Below the pieces are notes generated by a model. It worked only from the letters and a program-made list of their open reading frames with translations. It searched no databases and was not told the DNA's origin. A program made the position numbers and the translations under genes. This document shows, in pieces, positions 47,566-57,487 of a stretch of DNA of 64,000 nt. Numbering within the stretch: the first letter of the stretch is position 1; every line of letters begins with the position of its first letter. The DNA comes from Acidobacteriota bacterium (GTDB taxonomy: Bacteria; Acidobacteriota; UBA6911; RPQK01; JAJDTT01), in assembly GCA_965217775.1 (NCBI GenBank), contig CBDCJH010000002.1:2592001-2656000 (forward strand), written 5' to 3'.

Positions 47566-47595
47566 ACCATACTCGCTGAATCTTGGAAGCGTCAA
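47566..47595 (-). promoter_or_regulatory. Putative sigma70 promoter of vapBC
   Basis: TTGACG-N18-TATGGT on the minus strand, 7 nt before ATG 47558. Confidence 0.55.
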
Positions 47596-47630
47596 CCGAA
47601 ACGGACGACGGCTCATGCTATGATGCGCGG

Positions 47631-48611
47631 ATGAGCCAAAGATTGAAGGTGCTTTTCCTCCCCTTACCCGGGTTGTGCGAGCGCTGGGGGACCGACCTGG
47701 TCAGCGCCGTGACGAAGAATCACGACCTGCGCATCGCCGACTACGATCAGCCCCTGGGCCCCCAGTTCGAAGGCATCGACGCCGTCATCGATCACGGCGG
47801 ATCGGTGGGAACCCGGGAGATGGTCGATCTGGCCGCGGCGGGCAAGGTCCGTCATTGGCAGGTCCTGGGGACCGGGTTCGACCATTTCGACCTCGAGTAC
47901 TGGAAGGCCAAGGGCATGCCGGTCTCCAATTGCCCGGGAGCCTTCAGCGCCGTGGCCCTGGCCGACTGCGCCATGATGTTCATCCTGATGCTGGCCCGCA
48001 GGTACCAGGAATCGAAGGAGATCCTGGACGGCGGCGAACTCTACCGGCCGATCGGCGCCGAGATGGAGGGATGGAAGCTGGGCATTCTCGGTCTGGGAGC
48101 CAGCGGCATCGAGCTGGCGAAACGCGCCCCCGGCTTCGGGATGAAGACTCTCGCCATCGACATCCGGGACATCGGACCGGATGAGGTGAGCGAGCTGGGA
48201 TTGGAATTCGCCGGGAAGCCGGCCGACATGGACGACGTCATCGCCCAATCGGACGTCGTCTCCCTGCATCTGCATCTGAACCAGGAGACCAGGCACATCA
48301 TCGACACCCGCCGGCTGAAGTTGATGAAGTCCACGGCGTTCCTGGTCAACGTGTCCCGCGGAGAATTGGTGGACGAGGCGGCTCTGGAGACGGCCCTGGT
48401 GGAAGGCTGGATCGGCGGCGCCGGAATCGACGTCTACAGCCAGGAACCGCCCGATCTGTCCTCGGCCATCTTCCGATTGCCGAATGCAGTGACCACGCCC
48501 CACATCGCGGGGGTCACCGACGGCACCTCGCGCAAGCGGGCGGCGTGCGCAGCCGAGAACCTGGACCGGATCGCCGCGGGACTGGAGCCGCTGTACCGGA
48601 TCGATCAGTGA
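47631..48611 (+). CDS. D-isomer-specific 2-hydroxyacid dehydrogenase
   Basis: GTGFDHFD, GILGLGASG, NVSRGELVDE, DVYSQEP, TPHIAG. Confidence 0.92.
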   Translation: MSQRLKVLFLPLPGLCERWGTDLVSAVTKNHDLRIADYDQPLGPQFEGIDAVIDHGGSVGTREMVDLAAAGKVRHWQVLGTGFDHFDLEYWKAKGMPVSNCPGAFSAVALADCAMMFILMLARRYQESKEILDGGELYRPIGAEMEGWKLGILGLGASGIELAKRAPGFGMKTLAIDIRDIGPDEVSELGLEFAGKPADMDDVIAQSDVVSLHLHLNQETRHIIDTRRLKLMKSTAFLVNVSRGELVDEAALETALVEGWIGGAGIDVYSQEPPDLSSAIFRLPNAVTTPHIAGVTDGTSRKRAACAAENLDRIAAGLEPLYRIDQ

Positions 48612-48672
48612 CGAGTTCCGAGCCGGCGGTCCCTCCCGGCCGTCGTTGCTGACTTCCAGGCGTGGCGGTTTC

Positions 48673-49446
48673 TCACTTGGCTTCGGCAAACAGTCCCGCT
48701 GCCGGCAGTCGGACCGAAAACCAGTCGTCCCCTTCCTCAAACGAGATCCGTTTCTGAAAAGATGCCGGCGTCTTCCGGATCTCCTGGCAATGGGTCAGAT
48801 ACTTCCCAATCTTCAATTGGAGCGGAAAGGGCCGGACCGACCGCAACTTCAGCTTGGCCGGCGCAAGCAGATCCATGTAGTCCTCAAGCGAGTAGTAGGC
48901 CACGTGGCCGGCGGATTCCCGCTCCACGGCGGCGAACACGTCGTTCAGCATCGTCTGAAACCGGCCGGCTTGGGGAAGAATCTCGACGATCAGGTAGATT
49001 CCACCCGCTTTGAGAATCCTGCGAACCTCACGGAAATGGGCGGCCAGGTCGGGATAGTGGTGGAGCGAGAATCGGCACACGGCAGAGTCGAACACGGAAT
49101 CGGGAAAAGGGAGTTCCGAGTCCGTCGCCACGACGAAATCGATGCTCCCGGTCCGGTCCAATTCCTTCGCTCTGGCGATGACCTTGGGCGAGATGTCGAG
49201 TCCGCACACCATGCCTTGCGGGAAGAGTCGCTGCAGGTGCGACGCGACGATTCCGGTACCGCATCCGATGTCGACCAGCTTGGACTCCGGTGACGCCGGC
49301 AACGATTCGAGCAGTCGCCGGGTGCGATCGTCATCCTGGATGGAAGGCGGGGATACGTCCTGGTAGCGATCCAGCTCGGCTTCGAAGAAGGTTCGGCTTC
49401 GCTCTCGGATCTCCCCGGCCGTGTCGGGATCGTGGGGTTCAGCCAC
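48673..49446 (-). CDS. Class I SAM-dependent methyltransferase
   Basis: LVDIGCGTG, GLDIS, LPFPDSVFD, RILKAGG. Confidence 0.9.
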   Translation of the reverse strand: MAEPHDPDTAGEIRERSRTFFEAELDRYQDVSPPSIQDDDRTRRLLESLPASPESKLVDIGCGTGIVASHLQRLFPQGMVCGLDISPKVIARAKELDRTGSIDFVVATDSELPFPDSVFDSAVCRFSLHHYPDLAAHFREVRRILKAGGIYLIVEILPQAGRFQTMLNDVFAAVERESAGHVAYYSLEDYMDLLAPAKLKLRSVRPFPLQLKIGKYLTHCQEIRKTPASFQKRISFEEGDDWFSVRLPAAGLFAEAK

Positions 49447-49477
49447 CCTTTTGTTGCCGTCGACCAGTCACGGACCT

Positions 49478-50731
49478 TCAACGGGGTATGAACGGCCGCG
49501 ATCGATCCTGGGGCACAAGATTGCGGCATCCGTCTGCCGTGACCACCAGGGAACGCTCCATCTGCAGCGAACCGACGCCCGGAAGGAACATGGAGGCCTC
49601 CAGGTTCAGGACCATGTTCTCTTCGAAGGGCATGTCCGAGGCGACGTCGATGCAGTCGTCGGTCACCCGCAAACCGTTGTCGGCCACGACGGTGGGATAG
49701 TCGCGGACGTCAATACCGACCCCGTGACCATGGGGATAGGAAGCGGTCAATCCCAACTCTTCCAGTACCTGCCACATGGCGCCCCGGACGGCTGAGCAGC
49801 GAACGCCCGGCCGCATCTGGTCCACCCCTGCCGCAACGCTGTCCCGAACCGCTTCGAACCGGCGCATCAGAGGGTCGGACAACTCCTTCAGGGCCAGCGT
49901 GGTCCCGGTGTCCGAAAAGCAACGCCGGTAGATGCAACCGAAGTCCACCATCATGACGTCGTCTTCGCCCAGGACGTAGTCCGGCTCCGTGGCCATTCCC
50001 AGCCCGCCCAGACCGATGCAGAAGTGGTCGAAGTCGGCGCCCTCCTGGGCCGCCAGAACCCGGTACCGGTCATTCATCTCACCCAGGGTCGTGCCCGGTT
50101 TGGTCTCCGAAAGGACCTGCATCCCCGCCTGCTCGTTGATCTCTGCCGATCGGGTCAGGACGTCGATCTCGTAATCGTTCTTGACCATCCGGATCAGCCG
50201 GATCAGGTTCGACGCGTCGAGCAGGGCGGATCTGGGAAGCGCCTGGCCCAACTCATCCCGCCGGTCCGCGGTCAGGGCTTCCATCTCCACGCCGAGGCGT
50301 CCCTCGGTCAGGCCCCTGGCTTCCAGGATGCGCACGAGGGCCTCCAGGGAGCTGGACGCCCGCGGCGGCTCCAGCAACAGGTCGTGGATCCGGCGGTAGT
50401 TGCCGGGCAGCTCGTCGGAGGTGAGAGATTCGTCCACTCCCGAGGCGCCGAAGACCTGGAGGTCGCGGACCCAGAGGTCCGCGGCGTTGACGGCGAAGAG
50501 GGGATTGAGCACCAGCGCCGGCTCTCCCTCCAGGGGAAAGACCGCGTAACCGGGGAGCGCCAAGCTGGCCGGCGCTCCCGGCTGCAGCATGTAGCCCCGA
50601 ATGGTGGGGTCCAGCCAGCAGAAATACCCGGTGAAGTAGGTGATGTTCAGATGGGAGGCGGCGATCAGAGCGTCGAGACCGCACTCCCGCATGAAGGTTC
50701 TGGCCCGCGCCTGGTTGAAAAACATTTCCAC
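49478..50731 (-). CDS. Xaa-Pro peptidase (M24) family protein
   Basis: Creatinase-like N-domain, IRMVKN..EI, VDFG, SDT, HGHGVG, LEAS, MER. Confidence 0.9.
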   Translation of the reverse strand: MEMFFNQARARTFMRECGLDALIAASHLNITYFTGYFCWLDPTIRGYMLQPGAPASLALPGYAVFPLEGEPALVLNPLFAVNAADLWVRDLQVFGASGVDESLTSDELPGNYRRIHDLLLEPPRASSSLEALVRILEARGLTEGRLGVEMEALTADRRDELGQALPRSALLDASNLIRLIRMVKNDYEIDVLTRSAEINEQAGMQVLSETKPGTTLGEMNDRYRVLAAQEGADFDHFCIGLGGLGMATEPDYVLGEDDVMMVDFGCIYRRCFSDTGTTLALKELSDPLMRRFEAVRDSVAAGVDQMRPGVRCSAVRGAMWQVLEELGLTASYPHGHGVGIDVRDYPTVVADNGLRVTDDCIDVASDMPFEENMVLNLEASMFLPGVGSLQMERSLVVTADGCRNLVPQDRSRPFIPR

Positions 50732-50767
50732 GACTCCCGGCAGGTTCGGAGGGCACCTCGTGCGAGA

Positions 50768-52111
50768 CTATTTCAGGTCCCGGGTCCACGAACGGCCGAT
50801 CTCTTCCAGGGACCGGCCCTTGGTCTCGGGGACCATCTTCCATCCGAAAAAGACGGCGAAGATACAGACCGCCATGAAGATCCAGAACGCGTACGCCTCG
50901 GTCCCCAGGTCCTCTTTGAAATAGGACATCATGGGGGGCAACACCTGAGCACCGAGATAGGCCGACACCCAGAGGCCCAGCGCCGCCACCCGCATGGCCT
51001 TGGCCCGCAGATGGGTGGGAAAGATCTCGGACATGATCAACCAGGCCAGAGGCGCCAAGCTGATGACGTAGCCTCCCACCACCAGAAACATGGTGAGCAG
51101 GAGGAAAATTCCGGCCAGATCATAGTAGAAGAAAATGCCCATGAGCAGGAAGCCGACCGCCATGGCGATGGTTCCCGCCATCAGCATCGGGCGCCTGCCG
51201 TAACGATCGACGGCCCAGAGTCCGATGCAGGTCCAGGTCAGATTCCAGACATTGACGATGATGGATTGCAGGATCGCGTCCGAAATGTTCTCGAAGCCCG
51301 CCCGTTGAAAGATGAGGGGAGTGTGGAACAGCAGAGGACTGGTCCCGCTCAACTGCTGCAGGACGGCGAGGGTCAGGGCGATGAACAGGGCGGTCCTCAT
51401 GCCCGGCTGGATCAGATCACGGAAGCTTCCCAGCTTCTCCTTCAGCGACCGGGCGATCTCCTCCAGCTCCGCCGTAGCGTACGCGCTGCCGCCGATCCGG
51501 GTCAGCACCGCTCGAGCCTCCTTTATCCGATTCACCTGGGCGAACCATCTGGGGCTCTCGGGGACGAAGGCCAGGCCGATCAGCAGAATCACGATAGGGA
51601 CCAGCTCGGACGCGAACATCCAACGCCAGGACCCGATCAGGGAGAGATAGTAGGAGACGATGATGGAGGACAGCGAACCGACCACGATGGCCACCTGGTT
51701 GACCAGAACCAGCCGCCCCCGCATGCGGGCCGGGGCCACCTCGGCGATGTACATGGGCGAGATGATGGAGGCCAGACCCACCCCGATGCCGCCCACGATC
51801 CGGAAGATATAGAACTCCGTCATGGTCCGGGGCAGCGCGGTCCCGATGGCCGAGACCCCGAACAGGATGGCGCAAAAGAAGAGGGCCTTCTTTCTACCCC
51901 AGCGATCGGTGAGACCGCCTCCGAACAGCGGCCCGATGATGCACCCGATGACGGCGCTGCTGACGGCGAATCCCAACCAGAACGGGCTCAGGGCGAACTC
52001 TTCCTTCAGGAAGAGGCTGGCGCCGGCGATGATGGAGAGGTCGTATCCGAAGATGAATCCGCCGACGGCGGCCACCAGGGCGACACCGTAGAGATAGCGT
52101 GTTCGTACCAT
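50768..52111 (-). CDS. Sugar porter family MFS transporter
   Basis: GGFIFGYD, DRWGRK, YIAEVAP..RG, PESPRW, QQLSG, PETKGRSLEEI; start moved to ATG 52111. Confidence 0.95.
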   Translation of the reverse strand: MVRTRYLYGVALVAAVGGFIFGYDLSIIAGASLFLKEEFALSPFWLGFAVSSAVIGCIIGPLFGGGLTDRWGRKKALFFCAILFGVSAIGTALPRTMTEFYIFRIVGGIGVGLASIISPMYIAEVAPARMRGRLVLVNQVAIVVGSLSSIIVSYYLSLIGSWRWMFASELVPIVILLIGLAFVPESPRWFAQVNRIKEARAVLTRIGGSAYATAELEEIARSLKEKLGSFRDLIQPGMRTALFIALTLAVLQQLSGTSPLLFHTPLIFQRAGFENISDAILQSIIVNVWNLTWTCIGLWAVDRYGRRPMLMAGTIAMAVGFLLMGIFFYYDLAGIFLLLTMFLVVGGYVISLAPLAWLIMSEIFPTHLRAKAMRVAALGLWVSAYLGAQVLPPMMSYFKEDLGTEAYAFWIFMAVCIFAVFFGWKMVPETKGRSLEEIGRSWTRDLK

Positions 52112-52415
52112 GGCTGAGGAGTATAAGCAGTCCGCGGGTGAAAGTCCCGTAACCCGCCGGGGGCCGGGTCCGCACCCGTTACTCCAATGCGTTTTGCCCA
52201 GGATGAGGTCAGGCGGCTTCGGTAACATATTGATGCAGACCGTAGCCGAGTGGGTCTGGAATGATCGGAGGATCCAGCGGCAGCCAAACATCGCGAATCT
52301 GTCAATCATGGGGACCGCTGGTGCGGCGAGTCGTCATCCCTTTCCGACACACGTCGGTTTTTCTGGCTTGGTTGGGACACCTGACAATGATCGAGGCATC
52401 GTGGCTACGACATCG

Positions 52416-53642
52416 ATGAACCTGATTGAAGACGCACGGGCGATCCCGGAAACATTGGCCCGCGCGATTGTAGAAGACGGATCATCGAGTGCCAGAAAGC
52501 TGGCGTCCTCGGTCAAGGATGAAGACAGGCTGGACGTTGCGCGGGCGGTCGTATTTGGCGTCGTGTCTGCGTATTGGAAAGAACTGCAGGCGGTGTCCGG
52601 TCATGATTGGTCGTTGCGCGAACTGCCTGTCGACATCGATGTCTCTCCAGTAACGGCGGAGGCCGAAGAACAGGCGGAGAGCATCGGAAGGGCTGCCGCC
52701 AGGCTGGATGTCCTGGATGCCAGCTACATGATTGGAGTGCTGTACACCGGAATGATGCCGGCCAGGTTCCGGGCGCGGCTGGGGGCCTATTACACCCCGC
52801 CGGCGCTGTGCGGGCGGCTGCTGGACATGGCGACGGAGGCCGGTGTCGATTGGCGTTCAGCGAGAGTACTCGACCCAGCCTGTGGCGGGGGCGCATTCCT
52901 GGCGCCGGTGGCGCGACGGATGGCGGAAAACCATCAAGAAAAGTGCCCCAAGATCGCACTCAAAAACATTCAGTGCCGCCTGAAAGGGTTCGAGCGGGAC
53001 CCGTTTACTGAAGCCCAAGACGCGCTGGTGAATCAGATCAGCATGTTGCCGTACCGATTGGCCGATTACGGCTACACAGTGAGCACGGGACCTCTGGTGT
53101 GGAACCGGCACAAGTCAAGTCTGCGGAACCAACCGGGAAAGGGGCGTTATCCGTTGGTCTGGGCAGAATCGGTACGATCGGAAGGTGTATTCGAGTTCCG
53201 GGCAGAAAAGCGAAATCACAAGCCGTATTTCGAGCCGAAGGCCGATGAAAACTGGGTGGTGACAGATTTCCCCTGTGTGTTGTTGCAAAGGACGACAGCG
53301 AAAGAACAATTCCGGCGTTTAATTGCGGCAGACCTGCCGACAGCGTTCATCAAGGAACACGGTGCCGTCGTAATCGAGAACCACCTGAATATGATCAAGC
53401 CGCTCAACGGCGCGCCGCGGGTGGCGCCGGCGGCGTTGGCCGTCCTGTTGAACAGCAACGTGGTCGACCAGGTATTCCGATGCATCAATGGCAGCGTGGC
53501 GGTGTCGGCCTATGAGCTGGGAGCATTGCCGTTGCCGCCACCGGAAGACATGAAGGAAATTGAGTGGCTGATGAAGAAGCGTGCGACGCACGAGACACTG
53601 GAACGTGCGGTGGAGCGTCCATACATCAACGGGGCCGGGTGA
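52416..53642 (+). pseudogene. N6-adenine DNA methyltransferase (BsuBI/PstI/Eco57I-like) with an apparent in-frame internal deletion
   Basis: GAYYTPP and VLDPACGGGAFL (motif I) and C-terminal VSTGPLVWNR, LLQRTTAKEQ, ENHLN are present, but the catalytic NPPY motif is not. Confidence 0.75.
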
Positions 53643-53686
53643 TGCCATTACCGCCGTTGTTGCCGGTACCTGATATCCACGAACGG
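53642..53686 (+). pseudogene. N-terminal stub of a probable BsuBI/PstI-family restriction endonuclease
   Basis: TGATG coupling with the MTase; MPLPPLLPVPDIHER, then apparently unrelated sequence. Family call is from recall only. Confidence 0.45.
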
Positions 53687-53725
53687 CAATGCCCGTCCGC
53701 GAGCAGGGGCGCTCGCAGTAGGCAT

Positions 53726-55462
53726 TCATCCAGGCGGGCGGTACTCCAACAGCGATGACTTCCCGAACAGGTCAATGAAGCGTACCGACCATTCGGAGCC
53801 GTGGACATCCGTCAGCCGCAGCGGCTGGTTCAGCTTGAAGTGCACCGGCTGCTGTCTTCCCTGCTCGATCGCGACATTGGTCGCATAGAGGTAGGTCCGC
53901 TCCCGGTTGTCCAGGATCGGATTGAGCCGCCCTTTCAACCCGGGCAATTGGCCGGTTCGCTCGGTGAAAATGGCGGATCCTCCCCCCGGCAGTTCCGTCA
54001 ATCGAATGGAAAGCGGTTGCGGGGGGCGCCAACCCCGCTCGACATGTCCGGCATGGCCGGGCGCCGCGCAGTAGACTGTGATCGGCAATTCCGCATAGAA
54101 CCCGAACACGGTCCGGCCGAAACTGTCGGTGATCGCCTCCATCCAGGTCTTGTTCGGATAGTGCGCAACTACTCGGGCCCCCGCCAAGGGTTGTCCGCCC
54201 GCTGTCACCAGGACATCACCGGCGAGACCGTCAATCGGTGGACTTGCAGAAGGCAGCATCAGTCGCAGTTCCGCGCCGTCAATGAGTTCGTACACGGGAT
54301 CCTGGCCGGTGAGCTCACGAGTCTTCTCGCATATGATGGGAACGCCTTCGCCGCGCAACTCCAAGAAGTATTGGCGGTCGCCCGCACCGTGGATGTCTCC
54401 GACTCTGAGCATGCGGAGCAGCGACGCCACGGCCTCGTTCCTGGTCGCCTGGCGGGTGCGCATCGCGTCCAGAGAAAGCGTGTTGACCAGACCCCCGGGT
54501 GAGTACAGTTCCAGCCTGTCATCGAAGATGAACATCCGTGTCCTGGCGTTCTCCATCGAGTAGTCGCGATGCACCACTGCATTCACTATCGCCTCGAACA
54601 CGGCCCTTGGAGCAAACTGAGGGATTTCCATCCGCCCGGGCGCCTTTCGGGCCGCGACCCGTGTGTTCCGACGGGCGAACTGGACGGCTTCCCGGATCTG
54701 TCGGTCGAGGGGACCAACGATCGTGGCTGCATCATGCTGGTCGGCCTTCCCCAGTACGGTGCCCCGGTAACGCACGGCCTCGATCACCGCGCCGGGGATG
54801 TACCCGTCCGGACGTTCGGTGGCCAGAAGAACGCCGGCGACCGTAGCCCTTGTCACGCCCGCGTCGTCGTCGCCGAGGAGGCCGAGCTTCGCGAGCTGCG
54901 TGTCGGCAGGCTCCAGCGTACGAGAACTCAGGAACCTGTCCAGGAGCCCGGTCTCCAGCGTACCGCGACCGGTATGGGCCACCGGCACCTCGTCGGGTCC
55001 GAGCAGGCCCGAACGCCCTCGATGCAGAAAGAGGCGTTGCAGCGCCTGGGCCGTCATCTCTCGCTTCGAACTGCCCAGCCGGACCAGGTAGCCACCGGGG
55101 CTCCTGTGAACAAACGGACTCTGCTCGATCTCGACGACCAGCACGGAGAGTCCGTCCGGCAGGGGCAGACGCTGAGTTGTGAAATGGAGCGGGGGCCTGA
55201 TGCTGTCCGCGCAGATTTCGCCGACAAAAGCCTCCAGCGCGTCGATCTGCGGGCGAGCGAGCCGGCGTATCTCGCCGGCATCGGACACGCTGAACACCAG
55301 AGTCCCACCCGTAGAATTTCCGAGGGCCGCCAGTTCGTCCGCCACGGCTCCGCGGCCGGGCGCGCGTACCCGTCCCTTCTCGAAGAAAGCCTCCTTGAAT
55401 TCCACGCGGCTGTCCTCGCCCAGCTCGATTTGGCGAAGCAGATTCTCGGCGGTCCAGATCAT
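53726..55462 (-). CDS. Schlafen/AlbA_2 plus RecG-C-like HATPase_c_4 protein with an extra C-terminal domain
   Basis: GEDSRVEFKE, ALGNSTGGTLVFSVSD, FEAIVNAVVHRDYS, IFDDRLELYSPGGL, TRN, GEG. Confidence 0.88.
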   Translation of the reverse strand: MIWTAENLLRQIELGEDSRVEFKEAFFEKGRVRAPGRGAVADELAALGNSTGGTLVFSVSDAGEIRRLARPQIDALEAFVGEICADSIRPPLHFTTQRLPLPDGLSVLVVEIEQSPFVHRSPGGYLVRLGSSKREMTAQALQRLFLHRGRSGLLGPDEVPVAHTGRGTLETGLLDRFLSSRTLEPADTQLAKLGLLGDDDAGVTRATVAGVLLATERPDGYIPGAVIEAVRYRGTVLGKADQHDAATIVGPLDRQIREAVQFARRNTRVAARKAPGRMEIPQFAPRAVFEAIVNAVVHRDYSMENARTRMFIFDDRLELYSPGGLVNTLSLDAMRTRQATRNEAVASLLRMLRVGDIHGAGDRQYFLELRGEGVPIICEKTRELTGQDPVYELIDGAELRLMLPSASPPIDGLAGDVLVTAGGQPLAGARVVAHYPNKTWMEAITDSFGRTVFGFYAELPITVYCAAPGHAGHVERGWRPPQPLSIRLTELPGGGSAIFTERTGQLPGLKGRLNPILDNRERTYLYATNVAIEQGRQQPVHFKLNQPLRLTDVHGSEWSVRFIDLFGKSSLLEYRPPG

Positions 55463-55695
55463 GCGACCGGATCCCGCGCCTTGAGTTCCGAAGACGGGGC
55501 CAAGTCACCGTCCCGAGTCGGCAGTTCACCGATGGTCGTCTTCATGCGCCAATACTACCCATGTCGCATCGGATGGTCACCTTGGGGTTGTCGAGCAGTT
55601 CCCCCGACGAATCAGGTGAAATCTCCGCAAGTGGTTGAAAACACGAGAGTCAGACGATTCGACAAGTGGAATCGGTCGAACTTGCCAATAATTGA

Positions 55696-55880
55696 GTAGG
55701 GGCGATCCTTGAGTGTGGTCGCCCTCCCCGGACCGATCAGTGAGGGGCGAAAGCGGGCACCCACACAAGGGGTGCCCCTACGGTTGGGCCGGAGCCCGGG
55801 AATGGGAACGCCTCGATCCGATCCTCGTCTGAACCTCCTTCCCCTGTTCTCCTGACCCTGCAAAAATGGGGGAAATCCTC
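55696..55880 (-). repeat. GTAG REP doublet plus conserved ~70-bp leader element
   Basis: gtaggggcgatccttgagtgtggtcgccc ... gggcacccacacaaggggtgcccctac; reverse complement is similar to 11663-11810. Confidence 0.8.
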
Positions 55881-56017
55881 CAAGTACACGACTTGATCTG
55901 AATTCCGTTTGTCAATGATAATCGCTCCGTTCTGAAGGGAGGAAGACGGGGCAATCGAGTTCCGGTCGAGCTCTTCAGGAATCTGATCGAAACGAGTTCC
56001 CAGCCAGGAGGATTGGA

Positions 56018-56479
56018 ATGAATTGGGTAAGGAATCTGGACCATGTCGCGGTCACCGTCAGCGATCTGGACCGCTCGCTACACTTTTACTGCGACGTGCT
56101 CGGCTTCAAGGAGATCGAACGGCACCGGCTGGAAGGGGAGATGATCTCCAAGATGGCGGCCAAGGAGAACGTGGTGATGCAGGTGGTCCGGCTGGCCATT
56201 CCGGAGACGCCCGGCATTTTGGTGGACCTGCAGCTTTACATCGACCCCCCGGGAGAACCCTCCAACGCCGTTCTGGGCATGTCCAACCAGGGGCACTTCT
56301 GCTTTGGCGTGAAGGATATGGATCGAGCCTATCGCGAACTCACTGAAGCGGGAGTGGAATTCGTCTCCGAACCGGTTGTTTTCGACTTGGGAGACGAGTG
56401 GGAGTACGGTGCCCTCAAGGTCGTTTTCTTCAAGGACCCGGATGGATTCATCTTGGAGTTGATGGAGTTCACCGACTGA
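56018..56479 (+). CDS. VOC/glyoxalase family protein
   Basis: LDHVAVTVSDLDRSLHFY, GHFCF, FFKDPDGFILELME. Confidence 0.92.
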   Translation: MNWVRNLDHVAVTVSDLDRSLHFYCDVLGFKEIERHRLEGEMISKMAAKENVVMQVVRLAIPETPGILVDLQLYIDPPGEPSNAVLGMSNQGHFCFGVKDMDRAYRELTEAGVEFVSEPVVFDLGDEWEYGALKVVFFKDPDGFILELMEFTD

Positions 56480-56510
56480 GGCTGGGACACGAACAGGGGA
56501 GCGCACCACC

Positions 56511-57311
56511 ATGGCCAGATATCCGGAAATCGAGGGAAAAACCGCGTTGGTCACCGGGGCCGGACGTAGCATCGGCCGGGCCATCGCCATGCGCCTTGCC
56601 CGGGAAGGGGCGCAGGTGGCGGTGGCGGACATTGATCGGGACGGCGCCGAGTCCGTGGCGGCGGAGATTCGTAGGGCGGGCGGCGAGGCGGTGGGTCTGC
56701 ACGCGGACGTGACCTGCTCCGGCGACGTCGACGCCATGATCGCTGGGACGGTAGAAGCCTTCGGCAAGCTGGACATCCTGGTGGCCAATGCCGGTATCGG
56801 CATCGTCGCACGCCTGATCGACACGGACGAAGCAAGCTGGGACCGCCTGATGGCCGTCAACGCCAAGGGCGTCTTCCTCTGTTGCACGGCTGCGGGCCGG
56901 CAGATGATCCGGCAGGGCCATGGGGGACGCATTGTCATCAATGCCTCGGGAGCCGGAAAAATCGCGCCGGGGAAGAACACCCCCTTGGGGGCCTATGCCG
57001 CCAGCAAGCACGCGGCGATCGGGTTCGGGAAGCAACTGGGCCTGGAGCTGTCCGACCACCAGATCCTGGTCAACAGCATCTGCGGCGGCATCATCGACAC
57101 GCCCATGTGGGACCTGATCGACCGTGAGACCGCCAGAATCCTGGACGTTCCCGAGGGCTCGATCAAAGCGGGAGCCGTGGCCGGCATCCCCTTGGGCCGG
57201 ATCCAGCAACCGGAGGACATGGCCAACGTAGTGGCGTTCCTCTGCTCCGATGACGCCGGCTACATCACGTCCAGCGCCATGAACGTCGAGGGCGGGTTGC
57301 TGCCTTATTGA
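56511..57311 (+). CDS. SDR family oxidoreductase
   Basis: TGAGRSIG, ANAGI, YAASK. Confidence 0.95.
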   Translation: MARYPEIEGKTALVTGAGRSIGRAIAMRLAREGAQVAVADIDRDGAESVAAEIRRAGGEAVGLHADVTCSGDVDAMIAGTVEAFGKLDILVANAGIGIVARLIDTDEASWDRLMAVNAKGVFLCCTAAGRQMIRQGHGGRIVINASGAGKIAPGKNTPLGAYAASKHAAIGFGKQLGLELSDHQILVNSICGGIIDTPMWDLIDRETARILDVPEGSIKAGAVAGIPLGRIQQPEDMANVVAFLCSDDAGYITSSAMNVEGGLLPY

Positions 57312-57343
57312 GTTTTTTTTGGGGGAAACTCAAGGGGGGACTT

Positions 57344-57481
57344 GGAGGGGCGATTTCCAGTCGCCCCTTCTTCCACGTGTTCATACCGCCGTGCGCCCGT
57401 TGGCTTGGCGAGCGGTGGTTACTTTGGAGGTCGGCGGCTGGAAACCGCCGCTCCTGTTCGGCGGTTGGAAACCGCTGCTCC
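57344..57481. repeat. GGAG-family REP cluster between convergent genes
   Basis: ggaggggcgatttccagtcgccc; ggcggctggaaaccgccgctcc; ggcggttggaaaccgctgctcc. Confidence 0.75.
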
Positions 57482-57487
57482 CGCTCC

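Noticed and set aside
52110-52415. ORF-track N-terminal extensions of the MTase and MFS genes (similarly 32574, 40171, 43387, 58555, 59412, 60718)
   Set aside because: They overlap neighbouring genes or REPs; downstream starts fit motifs, RBS or stop-start coupling better.
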